Origin: Malacoraja senta
Taxonomy: Eukaryota
DNA length: 64,000 bases
Assembly (NCBI GenBank): GCA_038087875.1
Contig: CM075998.1
Coordinates: forward strand, 6,574,001 to 6,638,000
Direction: 5' to 3'
In this document: positions 1 through 13,866 of the stretch, one piece after another
How the letters are laid out: every line of letters begins with the position of its first letter
Numbering within the stretch: position 1 is the first letter of the stretch
Notes under the pieces: generated by a model
What the model was told of the DNA's origin: nothing
The model's database searches: none
Seen by the model: the letters and a program-made list of their open reading frames with translations, nothing else
Made by a program: the position numbers and the translations under genes

Positions 1-288
1 TTTAAGACCACTTTAGCAAAGCAAAATAGGAATGTTGAATACGCACCACTCCCCTTCAAAGCACCAATCCTCTAATGACCATTTTTTTTTGTCAGTGTAG
101 TAGAAAAGGAGTCCGACATGTGTTTTCTCATTTGTATCGCCGATGAGTAAAAGTAAAAGATGATGACACTTCATCCTCCGAAGCACGCTATTGATATTGC
201 ATGCACATTGATAGGCACATTGGTATCCTCCAGGTCTATTACACAGGAGACTGATGAGGCAGTTGTATGAATCTTGGTGTATTTTTAG

Positions 289-3145
289 TTTCAAGTTCAA
301 GTGAGTTTATTGTCATGTGTCCCTGACAGGACAATGAAATTCTTGCTTTGCTTCAGCACAACAGAACATAGTAGGCATTGACTGCAAAACAGATCAGTGT
401 GTCCATATACCATTCTATAAATATATACACACATGAATAAATAAACTGATCAAGTGCAAATAACAGATAATGGGCTATTAATGTTCAGAGTTTTGTCCGA
501 GCCAAGTTTAATAGCCTGATGGCTGTGGGGAAGTAGCTATTCCTGAACCTGGTCGTTGCAGTCTTCAGGCTCCTGTACCTTCTACCTGAAGGTAGTGGGG
601 AGATGAGTGTGTGGCCAGGATGGTGTGGGTCCTTGATGATGCTGCTAGCCTTTTTGAGGCAGCGACTGCGATAGATCCCCTCGATGGAAGGGAGGTCAGA
701 GCCGATGATGGACTGGGCAGTGTTTACTACTTTTTGTAGTCTTTTCCTCTCCAGGGCGCTCAAGTTGCCGAACCAAGCCACGATGCAACTCTACTGTGCA
801 CCTGTAGAAGTTAGAGAGAGTCCTCCTTGACAAACCGACTCTCCGTAATCTTCTCAGGAAGTAGAGGCGCTGATGTGCTTTCTTAATAATTGCATCAGTG
901 TTCTCGGACCAGGAAAGATCTTCACAGATGTGCACGCCCAGGAATTTGAAGCTCTTGACCCTTTCAACCATCGACCCGTTGATATAAACGGGACTGTGGG
1001 TCCCCATCCTACTCCTTCCAAAGTCTACAATCAGTTCCTTGGTTTTGCTGGTGTTGAGGGCCAGGTTATTGTGCTGGCACCATATGGACAGTTGCTCGAT
1101 CTCTCTTCTATACTCTGACTCATCCCCATCAGTGATACGTCCTACAACAGTGGTGTCGTCAGCGAACTTGATGATGGAGTTCGCACTATGACCGGCTACG
1201 CAGTCATGAGTATAGAGTGAGTACAGCAGGGGGCTGAGCACGCAGCCTTGAGGTGCTCCCATGCTGATTGTTATCGAGTCTGACACATTTCCACCAATAT
1301 GAACAGACTGTGGTCTGAGAATGAGGAAGTCGAGGATCCAATTGCAGAGGGATGCGCAGAGACCCAGTTCTGCGAGTTTGGTAACCAGCTTGGAGGGGGT
1401 GATTGTGTTAAATGCCGAGCTGTAATCAATGAATAACAGCCTGACATATGAGTTTTTGTTGTCCAAGTGGTCCAGAGCGGAGTGGAGGACCAGCGAGATC
1501 GCATCCACCGTTGATCTGTTGTGGCGGTAAGCGAACTACAGTGGGTCCAGGTTTTTGTCGAGGTAGGAGTTGATTTGCGCCATGATCAACCTCTCAAAGC
1601 ACTTCATCACCACAGGCGTTAGTGCCACAGGTCGATAGTCATTGAGGCACGTCACCTTACTCTTCTTGGGCACTGGTATAATTGATGCCCTTTTAAAGCA
1701 GGTGGGGACCTCAGACCTCAGAAGTGAGAGGTTGAAAATATCCGTAAAAATTCCAGCCAGTTGGTCCGCACAGGTTTTTAGAACACGACCGGGTATACCA
1801 TCAGGTCCAGGCGCTTTTCGAGGGTTCACCGCTCTGAAGGATTTCCTGACGTCGGCCTCTGTGACTGAGACTGAAATACCATCACGGCGAATGGGGGCTC
1901 GGGAAGGCACATCAGTGTTCTCCCTATCAAAGCGTGTGTAAAACGCATTGAGCTCATCACGGAGTGATGTTTCGCCGACATTCGAGCTGCCTCCTGATTT
2001 CGTCTTGTAGGAGGTGATTGCATTCAGGCTCTGCCACAGCTGCCGAACATCTGTCATCCTCCAGTTTGGAGCAGAAGTCCCTTTTGGCCTTTTTGATGGC
2101 CTTACCAAGGTCGTATCTGGACTTCTTGTAGACCACTGTATCAACAGACATGAATGCCCGGTGTCTGGTCTTCAGAAGAGTGCGGATCTCAAAGTTCATC
2201 CAAGGTTTCTGATTGGGAAAGGTTTTTGTAGGGATGCAGTCCTCCACACATTTCTTAATGAAGTCTGTAACAGCTGTGGCGTATTCGTTCAGGTCCGTTG
2301 CCGAGTCCCTGAACATTGCCCAGTCTACAGACTCCAAACAGTCCTGGAGTTGTTCCTCTGCCCCCCCCCCCCGACCAGCTCTGTACTGTGCTCACCTCTG
2401 GGGGTGCGCTCTTTAATTGCTGCCTGTAGGCAGGAAGAAGCAGCAGCAGTATGGTCGGATTTACCGAAGTGAGGGCGAGGGATAGAGCGATAGGCATTCT
2501 TGATGGTGGTGTAGCAATGGTCGAGGGTGTTTGGTCCTCTGCTGCAGCAGGAGACATGTTGGTGGAAGTTAGGGAGTGATTTCTTTAGGTTTGCCTTATT
2601 GAAGTCCCCAGCAATGGTGGTAAATGCCTCGGGGTGAGACGTCTGGTGTTTGTTGACCACGGCGTGCAGCTCCTCTAGTGCCAGACGGACGTCTGCCTGG
2701 GGTGGGATGTAGACCGCAGTCAGGATGATGGAGGTGAATTCCCTTGGGAGGTAGAAGGGACGGCTCTTCACCGCCAGATGTTCGAGGTGTGGAGAGCAGG
2801 AGTTGGACAGGACTGCCACGTCTGAGCACCACGCAGAGTTGACCATGAGGCAGACGCCCCCTCCTCTCCCTTTCCCAGATGCCAGTGTACGTCCATACAG
2901 TGGATGGAGAACCCTTCAGGCTGGCCCGCTGAGTCTGGGGAGCTGGGGTGAGCCATGTCTCTGTGAAACAGAACACAGAGCATTCCCTCAGCTCCCTTTG
3001 ATAAAGCAGCCTTGCCCTTAAGTCCTCCACTTTATTTTCAAGGGACTGTACGTTGGCCAGTAGGATAGTAGGGAGAGGGGGCCGAAGTCCCCTGCGCTTC
3101 AGTCTGGCCTGAAGTCCTGCCCGTCGGCCACGTTTCCGGACACAA
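289..3145 (-). mobile_element. Rex1/Babar-type non-LTR retrotransposon, near-complete EN-RT ORF broken by frameshifts
   Basis: Overlapping minus ORFs give APE endonuclease motifs (LPTILLANVQSLENK, AVYIPP, IAGDFN, FGKSDH) and RT motifs ([36 protein letters not shown]). The 3' tail has AATAAA plus short repeats near 290-315. Confidence 0.9.
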
Positions 3146-3154
3146 TGGAGGTTT

Positions 3155-3440
3155 TGAGATATAGCACGGAAACTGGATCTTCGACCCACAGGGTACCCGC
3201 CGACCAGCGATCTCCGCATATCAGCACGATCCTGCACACACTAGGGACGATTTTTACATTTACCAAGCCAATTAACCTACAAACCTGCACGTCTTTGTAA
3301 TGTGTGAGGAAATCGAAGATCTCGGCAAAAACCCATGGGAAGAACGTACAAACTCCATGCAGACAGCACCCATAGTCGGGATCGAACCCGGGTCTCCAGC
3401 GCTGTAAGGCAGCAACTCTACCGCTGCACCACCGTGCCAC
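3155..3440 (-). mobile_element. HE1-type tRNA-derived V-SINE
   Basis: Minus strand reads GGCACGGTGGTGCAGCGGTAGAG (A box), GGTTCGATCC (B box), then the V-domain GAGTTTGTACGTTCT. Same family as other copies in the window. Confidence 0.85.
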
Positions 3441-4179
3441 CCTTTTGTGAGGGTTGTAGATGAAGGCATACCTTGGCTAATGCATCCAAAATGATTCAAT
3501 GGTCCTTACTCAGCCGAACATCCAACTGTTGACCTAATGATTCCAGTTGACACAACGGAGAAACTTCTTGATATCAGTTACATGCTCTGCTCAATGTCTT
3601 AACTTGCACCAAGCCCCATTCGCCCATCCCATCACTCTTGCTGACCAACATGGTCACTCACCTCAGCAGAATCGGTTTCATCCTTGTCTTCAAATAAATC
3701 TGCGACATTACTCCTTCTTATCACTGAAACTGGGCCCAGCTCTATAACCTTTTGAGATTCAAAGCCTCCTCCAGTTCTGGTTGTTTGCACATGCCTAATT
3801 TTCATAGCAACATTATTGACAACAGTGCCTTTAGCAATTAAGCACTAAGTAATGGAACTCCCTCCTTAAACCGCCCTGTTCCTTTAACACTTGCTCTTCA
3901 TTTAAGCTGTACTTTAAAACCTAGCTCTTTGACCCAGCTTTGTGTCAGTTATTCTAGTTCATTGTCACATGTACCATGGTACAGTGAACAGCTTTTGATG
4001 TGTCCTAATCTGTCAGAGGAAAGGCAATACATGACTACAATCGAGCCATTCACAGTGAGCAGATACATGATAAAGGGAATAACATGAATAACATTTAGTG
4101 GAAGAAACAAACAATTAAGTCCGATCAAAGCTAGTCTGAGGGTCTCCAGTGGGGTAAAACTGGATTTTATTGATGATTG

Positions 4180-4775
4180 TCTTTTCTCTGTGTCGCATCT
4201 TCGCCCCCCCCTCGCGACCTACCAACTGGATTGGCGCGGCCTTTCCTACCGGCCAGAGTTTCAGCAGCGGGCGCAGTGCTGAATTACCATCACGGAGCGG
4301 TGTTGAAGCTCCGGAGTGTTGGGCCTGCTGACTTTAACATCGTGGAGCTGTGGTCTGCGGAGCTGCTAGCCGCGGGCAGCGCTGACTTTAACATTGTGGA
4401 GGTCTGGGATCCCTTGCCAGGGATCGCCAGTGTTGGAGCTCCGCCCAGCTCGGCCAGTGGACTCGGAAGCCGCGGTCTCTGGTAGGAAGCGGCCGATTCG
4501 GAAACTCCAAGCCGCGAGTATGTTCCGATCCATTCCGACGTCGGCCTGTACAACGGGCCGTCCATAGCGGCGACTACAGAGGGCTCAAAGGCCCCGACCA
4601 TGGGTGAACAAAGAGGAAGATGACTGAACTTTATTGCCTTCCCTCACAGTGGGAAACGTTGATCCCGCTGTGCGGGGATGTTCATGTTAAATTCTATCGT
4701 GTATTGTTCTTTTTATTCGTACGGCTGTAAGGTAACTCAAATCTCACTGCACCGATTGGTGCATGACAATAAAGG
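4180..4775 (+). mobile_element. GC-rich non-coding retroposon-like element with a Rex1-like 3' tail
   Basis: Internal repeats GCTGACTTTAACAT(C/T)GTGGAG and a tail ending CATGACAATAAA. Shares motif order with 62295-63100. Confidence 0.5.
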
Positions 4776-5131
4776 CTGGGGATTATTCTCTGCCACTTCT
4801 TCTTGCGTATGGCATGCACAGCCTAAAGTTGTAGGTCAACTTGTTCTATTTGTTTGTGCCCGTCTGGTTGATTGCAGCCTTCACGTGGTCCAACTAATGC
4901 AATCTCCCACCCTTCTGCCACTTCTAACCACCTCTAGTGTTTAGAATTTGTTGAATCTTAACTGTGATTCTGGTATCTTTCAGGTTCTTTGCTCATCTCT
5001 TCAACGGATTACACACGGTGCCTACTTTTCCTATTGTAACCTTATGATTCATATTTGGGTAACTCTTTTGTTGTGCAGATGTTATATTTTTGATTAAAAC
5101 AAAGATTTGAACAGCCCATCCAGGCTGATAC

Positions 5132-5430
5132 TTAGTTCAGAGATACAATATGGAAATAGGACCTTCAGCCCACCAAGTCCACACCAAACATCACTTGCAC
5201 CAGTTCCATGTTATCTCACTTTCGCATTCACTCCCTACACTCTAGGGCCAATGTGCTGAGGCCAATTAACCTAGAAACCCACACATCTTTAGGATGTAGG
5301 AGCAAGCTGGAGCTCCCGGAGGAAATGCATGTGGTCACAGGGAGAACGTGCAAGCTCCACACAGACAGCATCCGAGGCCAGGATCAAACCCGCCTCTCTG
5401 GCACTGTGAGGCAGCAGCTCTACCAGCTAC
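5132..5430 (-). mobile_element. HE1-type V-SINE (diverged)
   Basis: Reverse-complement match to the SINE head, V-domain and CR1-like tail seen at 24469-24795. Confidence 0.8.
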
Positions 5431-5469
5431 GTATTTACTTATTTAGAAAACTAAGCGAGTTAAACTAAG

Positions 5470-6136
5470 CAGGGGTGGAAAACCCGGGGGGGGGGGGCAG
5501 AGGGGACACGTTCCCCCCCATGTTTTGAGAGGTGGGGGACATCCCCCCCAAGTTTTTGTGATCCGTATTTTAAAATCTCCGCTTTCCGCGAGACAGTGGG
5601 GGTGGGACTGCTGATCGAGGGCGTGATGATTGGAGGAGGGAGGAGTGGGGGGGGGGGGGGGAGTGGGACTGAGGATAGAGTGCGGCGATTGGAGGAGGGA
5701 GACGTGGCACAGACCTGCGCCTCATCCGCAGACAGGATCGATCCCGGCCGGCTCTCCGGCGCTGTCCCGAGTGCCCCCCCCCCCCCCACGGGTGGCCAGA
5801 GAGGTCGGGACTCGGACGCGAGCTGTACCCCCAGGCCCACAGCCAGCGCAGAGAAACAGCGCTAAACCCAGCTCAATTCAGCCTGTCCCGCCAGGTGAAC
5901 CTGCCTGGGCTTGTGGGAAATATGGGCAGCGCGGAGAAGCAGCGCTGGTATCCCGTCAGTCCAGGCCGGGCTGTAGTTAACCCGGTGAGACAGGCAGAGT
6001 TGAGCTGCATTTAGCGCTGGATTGAGCCTCCGAAGCCTCGCGCGCGTGTGTGTGTGAGTGTGCGCATGCGCGCGCGGCCGCCAAAAAAATTGTGTCCCCC
6101 GTCCCCTCCATGTTTTGATAGCGAGTTCCGCTCTTG
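5470..6136. mobile_element. Non-autonomous hAT-like DNA transposon
   Basis: Perfect 8-bp TSD AAACTAAG (5462-5469, 6137-6144). Imperfect TIRs CAGGGGTGGAA / CAAGAGCGGAA (rc). Subterminal CC(C/T)CCATGTTTTGA near both ends. Confidence 0.75.
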
Positions 6137-7104
6137 AAACTAAGCATTGCTGGTATCTTGCAGATTATGTTAAATCAGGAGTTCATGTGGATATTAAAAT
6201 GTCCCATGGATTAAAAGCAGTGTGTTCACCCAGTTTGCCGTCTGTCATTTGTCCCTAAAGTTCAGATAAATTGGTTATTTGTATCACACTTGTTCATGGC
6301 CTATTGCTGGGTGAAAACTGGCCAACGGGTTTGCTTACCAAAAGAATTGGTACTTCAAAGTTGATGTTAGGCAAATTGGTTTAGACTTTGGCCAGGGAAT
6401 GTGACACCTTGCTATTTAAATGGAAATACTATTCAGTAAATATCCCAATTTATCCAAATTGCCTTAAATGAGAAACTGGGCAAAAACAAGAGAGAGAGTA
6501 AAATTAAGTGTTAGCGAGATGACACATGGCTTGGATTGAATATAAAGCAGGGATGGTTTGCACACTATTAGTTTTAATACAAGGGTCAGTTGCATAATTG
6601 GATGGGAACTGCTGGAAGCATATTGTTGGGTCGATGTGAATATTTCAAGTTCTCAAGTAGATTTTTCCATGTACAGAACATCAGCAATCTGATGGGCAAG
6701 AGAAGTCATTTTTGGTTTACTGAAGGTTTTCTGCATATAAGTGTTTACAGCTGGTTTTATGTGTTGGTTGTTAGATGGGCTAAACCAGTGTGTTATGCTT
6801 GGCTAAAGTACTGGATGAGAATAGCTATTTTCATGACTTTCAATAATCACATTTAATTTTGAACAGTTGCAGACTTTACACCAGGCTGAAACCGTACCTG
6901 CTGTTTAAGCCATTAATCCAGAGCCCAGGTTGAATGTGTAAACTTAGAAAGTATGGGGTGAGGGAGAGGAAATACATGTTTTCATTTTAACTCCACAATG
7001 CACCTGGTGCCCCTTTGCCCCACATCGTGGGTGGCCCTACCAGGAGCATAGCTCCAGATGGCATCGCTCTTAGGATCTCAGGTCCACACAAGCTTCTCCA
7101 CCAC

Positions 7105-8120
7105 GACATGGAGAGATATAGAACAAATGAATGCAAGATATGCAAAAAAGTAACGATGATAAAGGAAACAGGCCATTGTTAGCTGTGTGCCAGGTGGGAG
7201 CGAGGACAGACAATGAGACTCAACAAGACGACTTTGATGCTGGTAGGACTTGGGTGGGGGAGGGATGGAGAGAGGGAAAGTTGGAGAAATCAATATTCAT
7301 ACCACTGGGATGCCCAAGCGAAGTATGTGATGCTGTTCCTTCAATTTCCATTTGGCCTCACTCTGACAATGGAGGGGGCCAAGGACAGAGAAGTCTGCGT
7401 GGAAATGGGAAGGGGCATGAAAGTGTTTGGCAACCGGGAGATCGGGTAGATCCAGGCAGACGGAGCAAAGGTGTTTGGCGAAACGATCGTCCAGTCTGCT
7501 TTTGATCTCGCTGATGTATAAGAATCCACATCTTGAACAATGGATACAGTAGATGAGGTTGGAGGAGGTGCAAGTGAACCTCTGCCTCACCTGAAAGGAC
7601 TGTCGGGGTTGCTGGACAGTGTCGAGGAAGGAGGTATAGGGACAGGTGTTGCATCTCCTGCGATTGCAGGGGAAGAGGTGGTTTGGGTGGGAAGGGATGA
7701 ATTAACCAGGGAGTTGCGGAGGGAACGGTCTCTACGGAAGGCGGAAAGGGGTGGAGATGGGAAGATGTGACTAGTGGTGGGATCCCGTTGGAGGTGGCGG
7801 AAATATAAGAGGGTTATGTGTTGTTTGCGACGGTTGATGAAGTGAAAGGTGGGGACTAGGGGGACTCTGTCTCTGTTGCGACTAGGGGGAGGGGGAGCAA
7901 GGGCGGAACTGCCAGGTACCAAGGAGACACGTATGAGGGCCTCATCTATGATGGAAGAGGGGAACCCCTGTTTCCTAAAGAATGAGGACATCGCTGATGT
8001 CTGAGAAGGGTCTCAACCCAAAATGTCACCTATTCCTTTTCTCCAGAAAGGCTGACCTGCTGAATTACTCCATCTTTTTGTGTTTATGGTTTAAACCAGC
8101 ATCTGCAGTTCCTTCAAACA
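7105..8120 (-). mobile_element. 5'-truncated Penelope-like element (GIY-YIG region) with an inverted terminal repeat
   Basis: Minus ORFs FTCTSSNLIYCIHCSRCGFLYISEIKSRLDDRFAKH (GIY-YIG-like) and MSSFFRKQGFP...VPLVPTFH. A plus-oriented terminal repeat with a decayed hammerhead core abuts it at ~7995-8120. Confidence 0.85.
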
Positions 8121-8819
8121 CATTTCGTTTTCACTGTTTTTGTGCTGTCAATTTTGTGCAAAATAATAGCCTGGACAATAAAAGGGAACTCATGGATTCA
8201 ACAAAGACATGAATTCTCAATTTATTGGTGAATTTTCTAATGCTAGAGACGGTTCATGACGGCAGAGTATTGTGTGCTTGCTGTTCAATGCTACACACAA
8301 TGGTGTACCACAGACAATTGCTGAATGTAGAACTACTGCCAGGAAGATATTATTTGCAAAGTAGGTAATCTTGATTGTAGTTTTTTGGCGATTCCATTCC
8401 GTTGCACTTTTTTTCTTGTCTCAAGTCATTTCATATTGGCAAAAATGGCTAAAACAGTTATCTACTTCCCATGCAACTTCAGTTTTTGTAATCTTATGAG
8501 CAGCCTTTAAAGATCAAGTCAAAAAACATTATCCACAGATGCTGCCTGATCCGTGGCATTTTCAGCATTCTCCTTTTGGTTTCAGGTTTCAGAAACAGCT
8601 CTGAGCTGTATTTCACAACTTTAACATGCCATTTGTTCCTCCTCTCCCTCGCCTTCTCTCGCTAATTGTCCTCCTCAATGTATTAACAAAATGGCTCTGT
8701 AAACATTGGGATGACCTGGGCAACCCTGGCCTCGCACTATCAGAGATCTTCCATTTCTCCATTCCCTCCCTCCCTCCCAGCCCCTGCAATGTAAAACTAA
8801 TTTTCTCTCTGGATCCTAA

Positions 8820-9140
8820 GTGATAGGAGCAGAATTAGGCCATTCGGCCCATCAAGTCTACTCTGCCATTCAATCATGGCTGATCTATCTTCCCTCCTAA
8901 TCCCATTCTTCTGCCTTCTTCCCAAAACCCCTGATATCCGTACTAATCAAGAATCTACAGTATCTCTGCCTTAAAAAATATCCGAAGATGGACACAAAAC
9001 GCTGGCATTACTCAGTGGGACAGGCAGAAGGAATGGGTGGTGTTTCGGGTTGAGACCCTTCTTCAGACTTCAGAAAACATCCATTGACTTGGTCTCCACA
9101 GCTTTCTGTGGCAAATAATTCCACAGGTTCAGCACCCTCT
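8820..9140 (-). mobile_element. CR1 3' end with an inserted PLE terminal repeat (~8985-9070)
   Basis: GGCCATTCGGCCC...CCATTCAATCATGGCTGATC CR1 tail motif. Inner segment GTTTCGGGTTGAGACCCTTCTTCAGAC. Confidence 0.7.
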
Positions 9141-9369
9141 GACAAAAGATGCCTTCATAAAAGCTATTGGATCTGAAACATTGACTCGGTTTCCCTTTTC
9201 ACTAATGCTTCCTGTCTGGCTGAATTGTCCCGCCTTGTCTGTTTATGTTTAATTTATTTAACACTTGGTTGCCCACTATGGAGGAATGGACGCCATCATT
9301 AAAGTGTGTATGCTCATAAAAGCCAATTTCAGTAGTATTTATAAAACTACACACACCCACTAAAAAGGA

Positions 9370-9660
9370 TTGTGTGGGAAGGAACTGCTGATGCTGGTCT
9401 ACACTGAAGATAGACACAAAATGCTGAAATAACTAAGCGGTTCAGGCAGCATCTCTGGACAAAAGGAATAGGTGACGCTTCGGGTTGAAAGTCAGGGGGG
9501 GAGGGAAAATAGAGGTATGAAAAGGTTCTGAACAAATCGGAGCTGGCACCAATAACCAAGGAAAGATGGAGCCCACAATGGTCCATTGTTAGCTGTGGAA
9601 GAGGTGATAATGAAGGGATACTAGGATGCAAACAGTGGATCTAGTAGGACGACTTTGGTG
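9370..9660 (-). mobile_element. Penelope-like 3' end / terminal repeat
   Basis: GGAAGGAACTGCTGATGCTGG...CAGGCAGCATCTCTGG...GGTGACG. Shares CCATTGTTAGCTGTG with the 7105 element. Confidence 0.7.
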
Positions 9661-9894
9661 GACCCGGGGAGGTGGTGAGGGTCGGCGGCAGCAACGTCGA
9701 TGGACCCAGGGAGGCAGTGAGAGACCAAAGAGGATTGATAGGTTCACAGTACCTCCTGCCCCCCAGGCAGAGAGACTTGTTGCCTTGCTAGTGCCAAAGT
9801 TAAGGATATTATCGAAAGATTGGAAAATATTGTGAAAGGTGAGCAAGTATGTTTTATATGGGAGCCAAGCATAGGGGGAAGAAACAACATTCCT

Positions 9895-10470
9895 GTCATG
9901 TTGTACAGGGCCTTGGTGAGACCACACCTGGAGTATTGCGTACAGTTTTGGTCTCCTAATCTGAGGAAAGACATTCTTGCCATAGAGGGAGCACAGAGAA
10001 GGTTCACCAGACTGATTCCTGGGATGGCAGGACTTTCATATGAAGAAAGACTGGATAGACTCAGCTTGTGCTCGCTAGAATTTAGAAGATTGAGGGGGGG
10101 ATCTTATAGAAACGTACAAAATTCTTAAGAGGTTGGACAGGCTAGATGCAGGAAGATTGTTCCCGATGTTGGGGAAGTCCAGAACAAGGGGTCACAGTTT
10201 AAGGATAAGGGGGACGTCTTTTAGGACCGAGATGATTTTTTTTTTTTTCACACAGAGAGTGGTGAATCTGTGGAATTCTCTGCCACAGAAAGTAGTTGAG
10301 GCCAGTTCATTGGCTATATTTAAGAGGGAGTTAGATGTGGCCCTTGTGGCTAAAGGGATCAGGGGGTATGGAGAGAAGGAAGGTACAGGATACTGAGTTG
10401 GATGATCAGCCATGATCATATGGAATGGCCGAATGGCCTACTACTGCACCTATTTTCTATGTTTCTATGT
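9895..10470 (+). mobile_element. CR1 LINE 3' fragment
   Basis: LYRALVRPHLEYCVQFWSP, TRGHSL and FFTQRVVNLWNSLP motifs, ending in a TTTCTATG tail. Confidence 0.95.
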
Positions 10471-12049
10471 ATGTGGGAGATTTAGGGAGCAGGGTTTGAA
10501 CTTGATGGATGGGTAAGTGTTAGAAGATTACATAACTTAAAGTGCAGCCAAATAGCTGAAGGGGCATTTTGTTGGAATTTTGGGAAGACAGGAGATTTAC
10601 GATACGATATAACCATATAACCATATAACAATTACAGCACGGAAACTGGCCATCTCGGCCCTTCTAGTCCGTTCCGAACACATACTCTCACGTAGTCCCA
10701 TCTACCTGCACTCAGACCATAACCCTCCATTCCTTTCCCGTCCATATACCTATCCAATATATTTATAAAATATAAAATCGAACCTGCCTCCACCACTTCC
10801 ACTGGAAGCTCATTCCACACAGCTACCACTCTCTGAGTAAAGAGGTTCCCCCTAAACTTTTGTCCCTTAATTCTCAAATCATGTCCTCTTGTTTGAATCT
10901 TTCCTACTCTCAATGGAAAAAGCTTATCCACGTCAACTCTGTCTATCCCTCTCATAATGTTAAAGACCTCTATCAAGTCCCCCCTTAACCTTCTGCGCTC
11001 CAAAGAATAAAGACCTAACGTTCAACCTTTCTCTGTAACTTAGGTGCTGAAACCCAGGCAACATTCTGTACTCTCTATTTTGTTGACATCTTTCCTATAA
11101 TTTGGCGACCAAAATTGTACACCATACTCCAGAATTGGCCTCACCAATGCCTTGTACAATTTTAACATTACATCCCAACTTCTATACTCAATGCTCTGAT
11201 TTATATAGGCCAGCACACCAAAAGCTTTCTTTACCACCCTATCTACATGAGATTCCACCTTCAGGGAACTATGCACAGTTATTCCTAGATCCCTCTGTTC
11301 AACTGCATTCCTCAATTCGCTACCATTTACCATGTACGTCCTATTTTGATTTGTCCTGCCAAGATGTAGCACCTCACACTTATCAGCATTAAACTCCATC
11401 TGCCATCTTTCAGCCCACTCTTCCAAATGGCCTAAATCTCTCTGTAGACTTTGAAATTCTACTTCATTATCCACAACACCACCTATCTGCATACTTACTA
11501 ATCCAATTTACCACACCATCATCCAGATCATTGATGTATATGACAAACAACAGTGGACCCAACACAGATCCCTGAGGCACCCCACTAGTCATCGGCCTCC
11601 AACCTGACAAACAGCCATCCACCATTACTCTCTGGTATCTCCCATTCAGCCACTGTTGAATCCATCTTGCTACTCCACTATTAATACCCAACAATTGAAC
11701 CTTCTTAACCAACCTTCCATGTGGAACCTTGTCAAAGACCTTACTGAAGTCCATATAGACAACATCCACCGCTTTACCCTCATCAATTTCCCTGGTAACC
11801 TCTTCAAAAAATTCAAGAAGATTAGTCAAACATGACCTTCCAGGCACAAATCCATGTTGACTGTTCCTAATCAGACCCTGTTTATCCAGATGATTATATA
11901 TATTATCTCTTAGTATCCTTTCCATTAATTTGGCCACCACTGACGTCAGACTAACAGGTCTATAATTGCTAGGTTTATTCTTAGAACCCTTTTTAAACAA
12001 TGGAACAACATGCGCAGTACGCCAATCCTCCGGCACCATTCCCGTTTCT

Positions 12050-13265
12050 CAATCAATCAATCAATCAAAACTTTATTGTCATTTAGAAATACATCGATAT
12101 ATGCAATTCTAAACGAAATTCCGTTGCATTTGGCTTCCCGTGCAACACAAAAATAAACAGAAGGATAAAATGGATAAAAAGATAAAATAGATAATGATGG
12201 CGGCCCATTACATGGCATTCAAGAGTCTGATGGCTCGTGGGAAGAAGCTGTTGCAAAACCTTGACGTTCTGCTCCTTATGCTACGATATCTTTTGCCAGA
12301 GGGCAGCAGAGTGAACAGTCCATGATGGAGATGTGTGGGGTCCTTTATAATACTGTTGGCCTTAGACAAGCAACGTTTGCTCGCAATGTCCCCGATTGAG
12401 GGGAGAGAAGTCCCGATGATTTTTTCAGCCGTCCTCACCACTCTCTGCACGGACTTCCAGTCGGAGGCTTTACAGTCCCCAAACCAGACAGAGATGCAGC
12501 TGGTCAGAATACTCTCTGCGGTGCCCCTGTAGAAAGTGGTGAGGACGGGATGGGGGAGGTGAGCTCTTCTCATCCGGCGCAGAAAATGCAACCGCTGCTG
12601 CGCTCTCTTAACTATTGACGTGATGTTATTTGAACAGGTCAGACTGTTAGTGATCTGCACCCCAGGAACTTAGTGCTACTGACCAACTCCACATCGCTGT
12701 CATTAATGTGAAGTGGTGTGTGACTGTGCCGGTTTTTCCTGAAGTCGACGATGACCTCCTTTGTTTTGTCAACATTCAGGATCAGATTGTTCGTGTTGCA
12801 CCAGTCCACCAGTTGTTTCACCTCCTCCCTGTAAGCAAGCTCATTGTCGTCCCGGATAAGGCCCACCACTGTTGTGTCATCTGCGTACTTCATGATGTGG
12901 TTTGTACTAAATCTGGCACAGCAGTCGTGGGTCATCAGGATAAACAGCAGTGGACTCAGGACACAGCCCTGAGGGGAGCCGGTGCTCAGAGAGATGATGT
13001 TAGAGATGTTGTTTCCAACCCGCACTGACAGGGGTCTGTCAGTGAGGAAGTCCAGGAGCCAGTTACACATGGGGGTGCTGAGGCCCAATAGACCCAGTTT
13101 GCTTATCAGGTGCTGAGGGATGATTGTGTTGAACGCTGAACTAAAGTCCACAAACAGCATTCGCACATAAGTGTTCTTCTCCTCTAGATGTTCCAGGCTC
13201 AGATGGAGTACGGAGGATATAGCGTCCTCTGTGGAGCAGTTTGGCCTGTATGCAAACTGGTATGA
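12050..13265 (-). mobile_element. Rex1/Babar 3' fragment nested in CR1
   Basis: [19 protein letters not shown] and KYADDTT motifs, (CAAT)n tail at 12050. The host CR1 resumes with a short TTTCT duplication. Confidence 0.85.
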
Positions 13266-13381
13266 GTCATATTTCTAATGACATTTGAAATATTTCTGTC
13301 ATAGCCCCTGCTATTTCTACAGTAACTTCCCTCAATGTCCTAGGGAATATCCTGTCAGGACCTGGGGACTTATCCACTTTT

Positions 13382-13866
13382 GCCCAGGACAAGAAGGCTC
13401 TGCAGAGAGTAGTGCGTTCGGCCGAACGCACTATGGGAACTACACTTGCCCCTCTGCAGGAACTATACATCAGAAGGTGCAACTCCAGAGCCAATAAGAT
13501 CATGGGAGACCCCTTCCACCCCTGCAACGGACTGTTCCAGCTGTTACGGTCAGGCAAACACCTCCGTTGCCATGCTGTGAGAGGTTGAGAAGGAGTTTCT
13601 TCCCAGAGGCCATTAGGACTGTAAACTCCTACCTCACCAGGGACTAACTTTACTGGACCATTCTACTGTGGGGTTTTTTATTGCTTTTTTTTCCGTTTTT
13701 CCTTCCGCCCACAATATTTAATATGTAAAAGAATATGTGATTCTGTTCCATTCTGTTTGTAGTTTGCTTGTTTGTTTGTTTTTTGCACAAAGTCCGCGAG
13801 CATTGCCACCTTTCATTTCACTGCACATCTCGTATGTGTATGTGACGAATAAACTTGACTTGACTT
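13382..13866 (+). mobile_element. Rex1-type 3' fragment nested in CR1
   Basis: Rex1-like C-terminal coding remnant and AATAAACTTGACTTGAC tail. Host ACTTTT occurs on both sides. Confidence 0.75.

Noticed and set aside
13..300. 95-aa Cys-rich minus ORF or transposase remnant
   Set aside because: No recognisable domain or splice structure; any resemblance is too weak to call.
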